A DNA stretch of 64,000 nt from Hemiscyllium ocellatum (lineage: Eukaryota): assembly GCF_020745735.1 (NCBI RefSeq), contig NC_083427.1, forward strand, positions 5,425,438-5,489,437. Reading direction: 5' to 3'. Position 1 is the first letter of the stretch, and each line of letters starts with the position of its first letter. The notes below the pieces were generated by a model, which did not search any database, was not told the origin of the DNA, and saw only the letters and a list, made by a program, of their open reading frames with translations. Positions 59,180 through 64,000 of this stretch are shown piece after piece. The translations under genes and the position numbers were made by a program.

Positions 59180-62100
59180 TAGAAAGTGTCGAGCTCATTT
59201 TCTTCAGGACTTTTTCTGGCGCTGAGCTAGCCTAAACAGTCACACAATGACAGGAATTTAGGAGGGTGAACAAAGGACTCGGGCATTCAGTGTGAGGCAT
59301 TCGGTCTTTACAAGGCCCTTATCTTGGAGAAGCAGCCAGGAGGTAGGGAGGGACACAGAAACCGATTAGTCAGTAAATATAGCACAGTGTTGATTTGGGC
59401 TTGTTCTTTACAAAGCACTTCTCTCAGAGCAGTGGAAGCTGGAGGATGGGGAGGAACGCAGTATCTGATAAGGCTATAACTCGAGTCCGATGCAGATTCA
59501 GGTCTAGTCATACAAAGTATTTAGCTTGGATCAGCAGCCAGGCGGCAGGGAGGGCCACAGTAACTGGCAAGCCTATAAATCGAGGAGTAAATTATTGCAG
59601 TTGCTGGAATTTGCCCTTAAAATGAAAAAAAAGTATTGGAAATCACAGCGAGTCAAGCAGCATTAGTGGAGAGAGAGCAAGCTCAAGTTTCGAGTCGAGA
59701 TAACTGTTGCCACAAAACTAATCCGTTTTTTCTTCTATATCTGTTCCTTTTCTCAAGGATATTGTGTCCATTTTTTTGAGTGGGGTCGTGAACCACTCAG
59801 GGTCCAAATCGATGCAGCTTGGGCGTCGCGGCCTCCATTTGTCGAAAGGTAAGATCGAGAACAAGAGGGCTGCTGGGAAGTTGAGTGAAACCGTTTCATT
59901 TGGATGGCCACCATGGCTGTCTCTGCTGTTCAGAAGGGTGGGGAAAAGAGCAGGAGGTCGATAGTGACAGGGGATTCAATTGTAAGGGGAGTAGACGGGC
60001 AGTTCTGAGCTTGAAAACGAGATTCACTAATGGTATCTTGCCTCACAGATATGTTTGCCAGGGATATCTCAGAGTCGCTTCAGGACATACTCAAGAGGTA
60101 ATGTCAACAGCCAATTGTCGTTGTATGAGATCCCACAAGCAGAATTTATGGAGTTAGGAGCTAAGTTAATACGTAGGACCTCAGAGTTAGTAATCTCAGG
60201 ATTACTATCAGTGTGACGCCCTAGTCAGAGTAGGAATGATAGAATAAGCAAGATGAATGCGTGGCTTGATATATAGTGCAGGAAGGAGGGGTTCAGATTT
60301 TTGGGACATTGGTTGTGGGGGTGATGGGACTATTACAAATTGTCGGTCTCCACCTGGACCGAACTGGTACCAATGTCTTTGGGGGTGCTTATGCTAATGC
60401 TGTTAGGTGAGGGGGGGGGGGTGGAGATAAAGTTGTGTAGCAGAACGTTGGGAACCAAATGAGGTCAGAGGAGAGTAAGGAAACAGATACTAAAGCCGGT
60501 ATGGAAATAAATAATGAAGTCAGCGTGAATAAGGGGAAGCAGAGGCAGGGAGCAGATGAACAATGCAAACAGACTGGTGGTCTGAGATGCTTTTGCTTTA
60601 ATGAAAGAAATACGGTAGGTGTGGCAGATGAACTTAGGGCTTGGAATAGTACCTGGGAGCATGATGTTGAGGGAATGTCATGATTGGCAGAAAAACATCC
60701 CAGGATATCGATGCTTCAGGCGGGATAGAATGGAAGGTAAGAGGCATGGGAAAGTTGCATTGCCGGTCAAAGAAAACATCAGTACTATGCTGAAGGAGGG
60801 CACGATGGAAGACTCAAGCAGTGAGGCAATGTCGGCAGAACTTAGAAAAGGAAGGATGCAGTAACATTGTTGGATAGGTACGACAAGGCTCCCAAAAGTG
60901 AACATGATTAGAATATGTAAATACGTAAAAAGATCGTGGAAATGTAGGAGCAACAGAATGGTGGAGAATTTAATTTTCCCAATTTTGGGGTTCACTATGT
61001 GTTAGACGTCTAAATTAAGCAGAATTTGTATGGAGCATTCAGGAAGGTTTTTGCGAGCAGTTTGTAAATAGTGTAAATCGGAAAGACGCCATACTGGACA
61101 CGGTATTGGGAAATAAGCCCGACCATATGGTTGATGCTTCAGTAGGGGATTACATTTGGCATATTGGTCTCAATTCCATAAGCATTAGAATACTCATGGA
61201 TAAAGACAAGAATGTTCCTCAATGAAGGGTGCTAAATTGGAGGCAGGCCAACTATACCAAAATTCGGCTGGAGCTCGAATTTGTAGTTTGGGAGCAGTTG
61301 TTTGAAGATAAATGCACATTCGATATGAGGGATGCTTTTAAAGAGAGGTTACTTAGAATTAAGGAGAGGTATATTCCTGTGAAAAATTAGGGATCAAAGT
61401 GGCATGGTTAAAGAACTATGGATGTCAAGTGAAATTGAGAGATTAGCTCAGATGAAAACAGATGCAGACATAAGTTCTAGGCTAAGGAAGACAGACAAGG
61501 CTTTGGAAAAATATCGGGAATGTAGGACCGATCTGAAACGAGGCATTACGAGGGCTAAAAGGGGTCATGAGGTATCTTTAGTAAACAGGTTTAAGGAAAA
61601 TCTCAAATCCTTATTTTTCTCAAATGTAAGGAGCAAGAGGGTAACTAGAGAAAGAGTTGGCCCACTCAGGTACAAATGATGAAGTTATGCTTGTTGTCAG
61701 AGAAAATGGGTTAGATTCTTAACGAGTACTTTGCATCAGTATTCATTGAGGACAGGTACATGAGGAATGTTGAAGTTAGGGATAGATCTTTGAGTACTTT
61801 AAGTCAAGTCAGCATAAGGAAGAAGGAAATTTTATGCATTAGAAAAGCATTAAGGTAGACAAGTCCCCAGGTCATGATGGGATCCAACCCAGGTTACCGA
61901 GGGAAGCGAGAGAGGAAATACTTGGGGCTTTAACAGGTATCTTTGCAGCTTCCTTGAACACGGCTGAGGTCTCGGAGGACTGGAGAATTACTAATGATTT
62001 CCCCTTGTTTAAGAAACGTAGCAGGGATTATCCAGGTAATTATACACCAGTGAGCCGGACGTCAGTGATCGGGAAGCTGCTGGAGAATATATTGAGGGAT

Positions 62101-63495
62101 AAGAGTTATTCCCATTTGGAAGAATATGGGTTTTTCTGTAATAGGCCGAATGGTTTTGTGCATGTCTTACAAAATTAATATTCTTTCAGGAGGTGACAAA
62201 TTTGATTGATGGGGGCAAGGGCTGTAGATTCATATACATTGACTTTACTAAGTCGTTTGAAAAGAATCCTCGTGATAGGTTGATGAATAAGGTGAAGTCG
62301 CATGGGGTCCAGGGTGTTCTAGCTAGTTGTATAGAGAGCTGACTGGGTAACAAAAGACAGAGAAGGGAGTTTCTCAAAATGGAGAAATGTGACCAGTGGT
62401 ATTCCCCGGGNNNNNNNNNNNNNNNNNNNNNNNNNNNNNNNNNNNNNNNNNNNNNNNNNNNNNNNNNNNNNNNNNNNNNNNNNNNNNNNNNNNNNNNNNN
62501 NNNNNNNNNNNNNNNNNNNNNNNNNNNNNNNNNNNNNNNNNNNNNNNNNNNACACAAATGATTTGGAGGAAGGTGCCAATTGTCTGATTAACAAGTTAGC
62601 AGATTACACCGAGATTGGTGGAGTAGCATATAATGAAGGGGACTGTCAGAGAATACAGCAGACTTTAGATAAATTTGAGAAATGTGTAGAGAAATGGCAG
62701 ATAGAGTTCAAACCAGGCAAATGCGAGATGAAGATCCAATTCAAGAACGAACTATACAGTAAATGGAAATGGCCTGAGGAAAATCTACGTATGCAGAGAT
62801 CTGGGTGTTGCAGATCCGTTGTTTCTTGAAGGTGCCAACGCAGGTTAGTAAAGTGGTCAAGAAGGCATACGGCATGCTTTCCTCCGTGGAACCGAGTAAT
62901 GAGTACAGATGTTGGCAGGACATGCTACAGTTGCATAGGATTTTGTTTCTGCCACATTTAGAATACTGCGTACAGTTCTGGTTGCCACATTACTAAAACA
63001 TTGTGGATGTGTTGGAAAGGGGACAGAGGAGGTTCGCCAGGATGTTGCCTGTTATGGAGGGCGCTAGCTATAAAAAGATATTGAAAAGATTAGTATTATT
63101 TTCGTCAGAATGATGGAGGTTGAGGTGAGACCTGATTGAGGTCTACAAAATCATGAGATGTATAGACAGGGTCGATAGCAAGAAGTTTTTTTTCCCAGAG
63201 TGAAGAACTCAATTACTAGGAGTCACGAGTTTAAAGTGAGTGGGGAAAGACTTAGGAGAGATAGGCGTGGAAAGTTCGTTACGCAGAGGGTAGTGGGAGA
63301 CTAGAACGCGTTTTCAGTGGAGGTGGTACAGGCTGGAACGATAGCATCATTTAAAATGTACCTAGACAGATACATGAATGGACAGATAGCAAAGGGATAC
63401 TGATGTTTAGAAAATAGACGGCAGGTTTAGATAGACGATCTGGATCGGCGTAGGCTTGGAGGGCGAAGGGCCTGTTCATATGCTGTAATTTTCTT
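59180..63495 (+). mobile_element. Near-full-length but decayed CR1 LINE (ORF1 esterase-like, ORF2 endonuclease-RT, 3' UTR)
   Basis: ORF1 IV.GDSIVRGVD region ~59960; endonuclease NIPGYRCFRRDR ~60700; RT CLINKLADYTEIGGV, LPHLEYCVQFWLPHY; tail (ttgttct)n ~63495. Many stops. Confidence 0.93.
62411..62551. other. Assembly gap (141 N)
   Basis: Run of N. Confidence 1.
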
Positions 63496-63509
63496 TGTTC
63501 TTTGTTCTT

Positions 63510-64000
63510 TGTTCAGTGGTACATAGATGAAAGGCCTTTTTGTTTATACAAAAACAGGTGGGAATTTGGGCCAAAGCTTGTGTGTTTGAAGTGACTGTAT
63601 AATGAAAGGGGTGTGGTTAGTCCTCGAAATTGAAGCTTTGGTTGAGTCAGTGGAGCTGTGTGGTAACAGACTGCTAAACTCGCTCTCCTTCTGCACTTCT
63701 AACTTCGAACTGTCAGAATTTGTTTCATTTTAACTCTGTTTAAGGGGTTTGTTCACTGGGACTGTCGTGCATATTCAGAATAGCGTAATTAATTCTATTT
63801 TCGATTGACTACATAGGTGTTCTTTAATTTTGTTCTATGTGTTTCATTCCATACATTTGGAAATACATTATTGTCCATCTTAAAACGTGGTAGTTAATCT
63901 AGCTAATTTATTCTATGTAATTTTCACAGTACAATTAACCCAAACAAATTGCAAAGTTGCGGTCTGGGATGCCTGCTTAAGAATATTTTAAGTGGTCTGG
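63510..64000. mobile_element. LTR-like sequence (runs off right edge)
   Basis: Begins tgttcagtgg directly after the CR1 tail; composition resembles LTR-like repeats. No second LTR or coding sequence visible. Confidence 0.35.

Noticed and set aside
53313-59180. Search for D segments or a constant-region exon after the JH (e.g. acceptor ccttggcag ~58548)
   Set aside because: No Cys/Trp pattern of a C1 domain recognised in any frame.

Overview
Eukaryotic genomic DNA, inferred to be cartilaginous fish (shark-type CR1/L2 LINEs, HE1-like SINEs and Penelope-derived palindromes; shark-type IgM VH/JH motifs). No prokaryotic features, CRISPR, rRNA or true tRNA were seen. The window reads as part of an antigen-receptor V-segment region (TCR alpha/delta-like) interleaved with class A GPCR genes. 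It holds one open TCR V exon with a perfect 23-RSS (31357-31669) and at least three decayed TCR-like V segments on + (about 8.5, 18.6 and 26.8 kb). Two weaker V-like remnants lie on -. A decayed IgM-type VH (51655-51901) is followed by a decayed JH with its heptamer (53258-53312). There is one intact two-exon GPR139-like receptor, join(35078..35147,39230..40140), 326 aa, plus three pseudogene paralogs. An ~8.5-kb tandem duplication carries a divergently oriented GPCR-like pseudogene and a TCR V pseudogene in each copy. A C2H2 zinc-finger pseudogene runs off the left edge, and transposon debris is abundant. One assembly gap lies at 62411-62551. All alignments were done by eye; TE and pseudogene boundaries are approximate.
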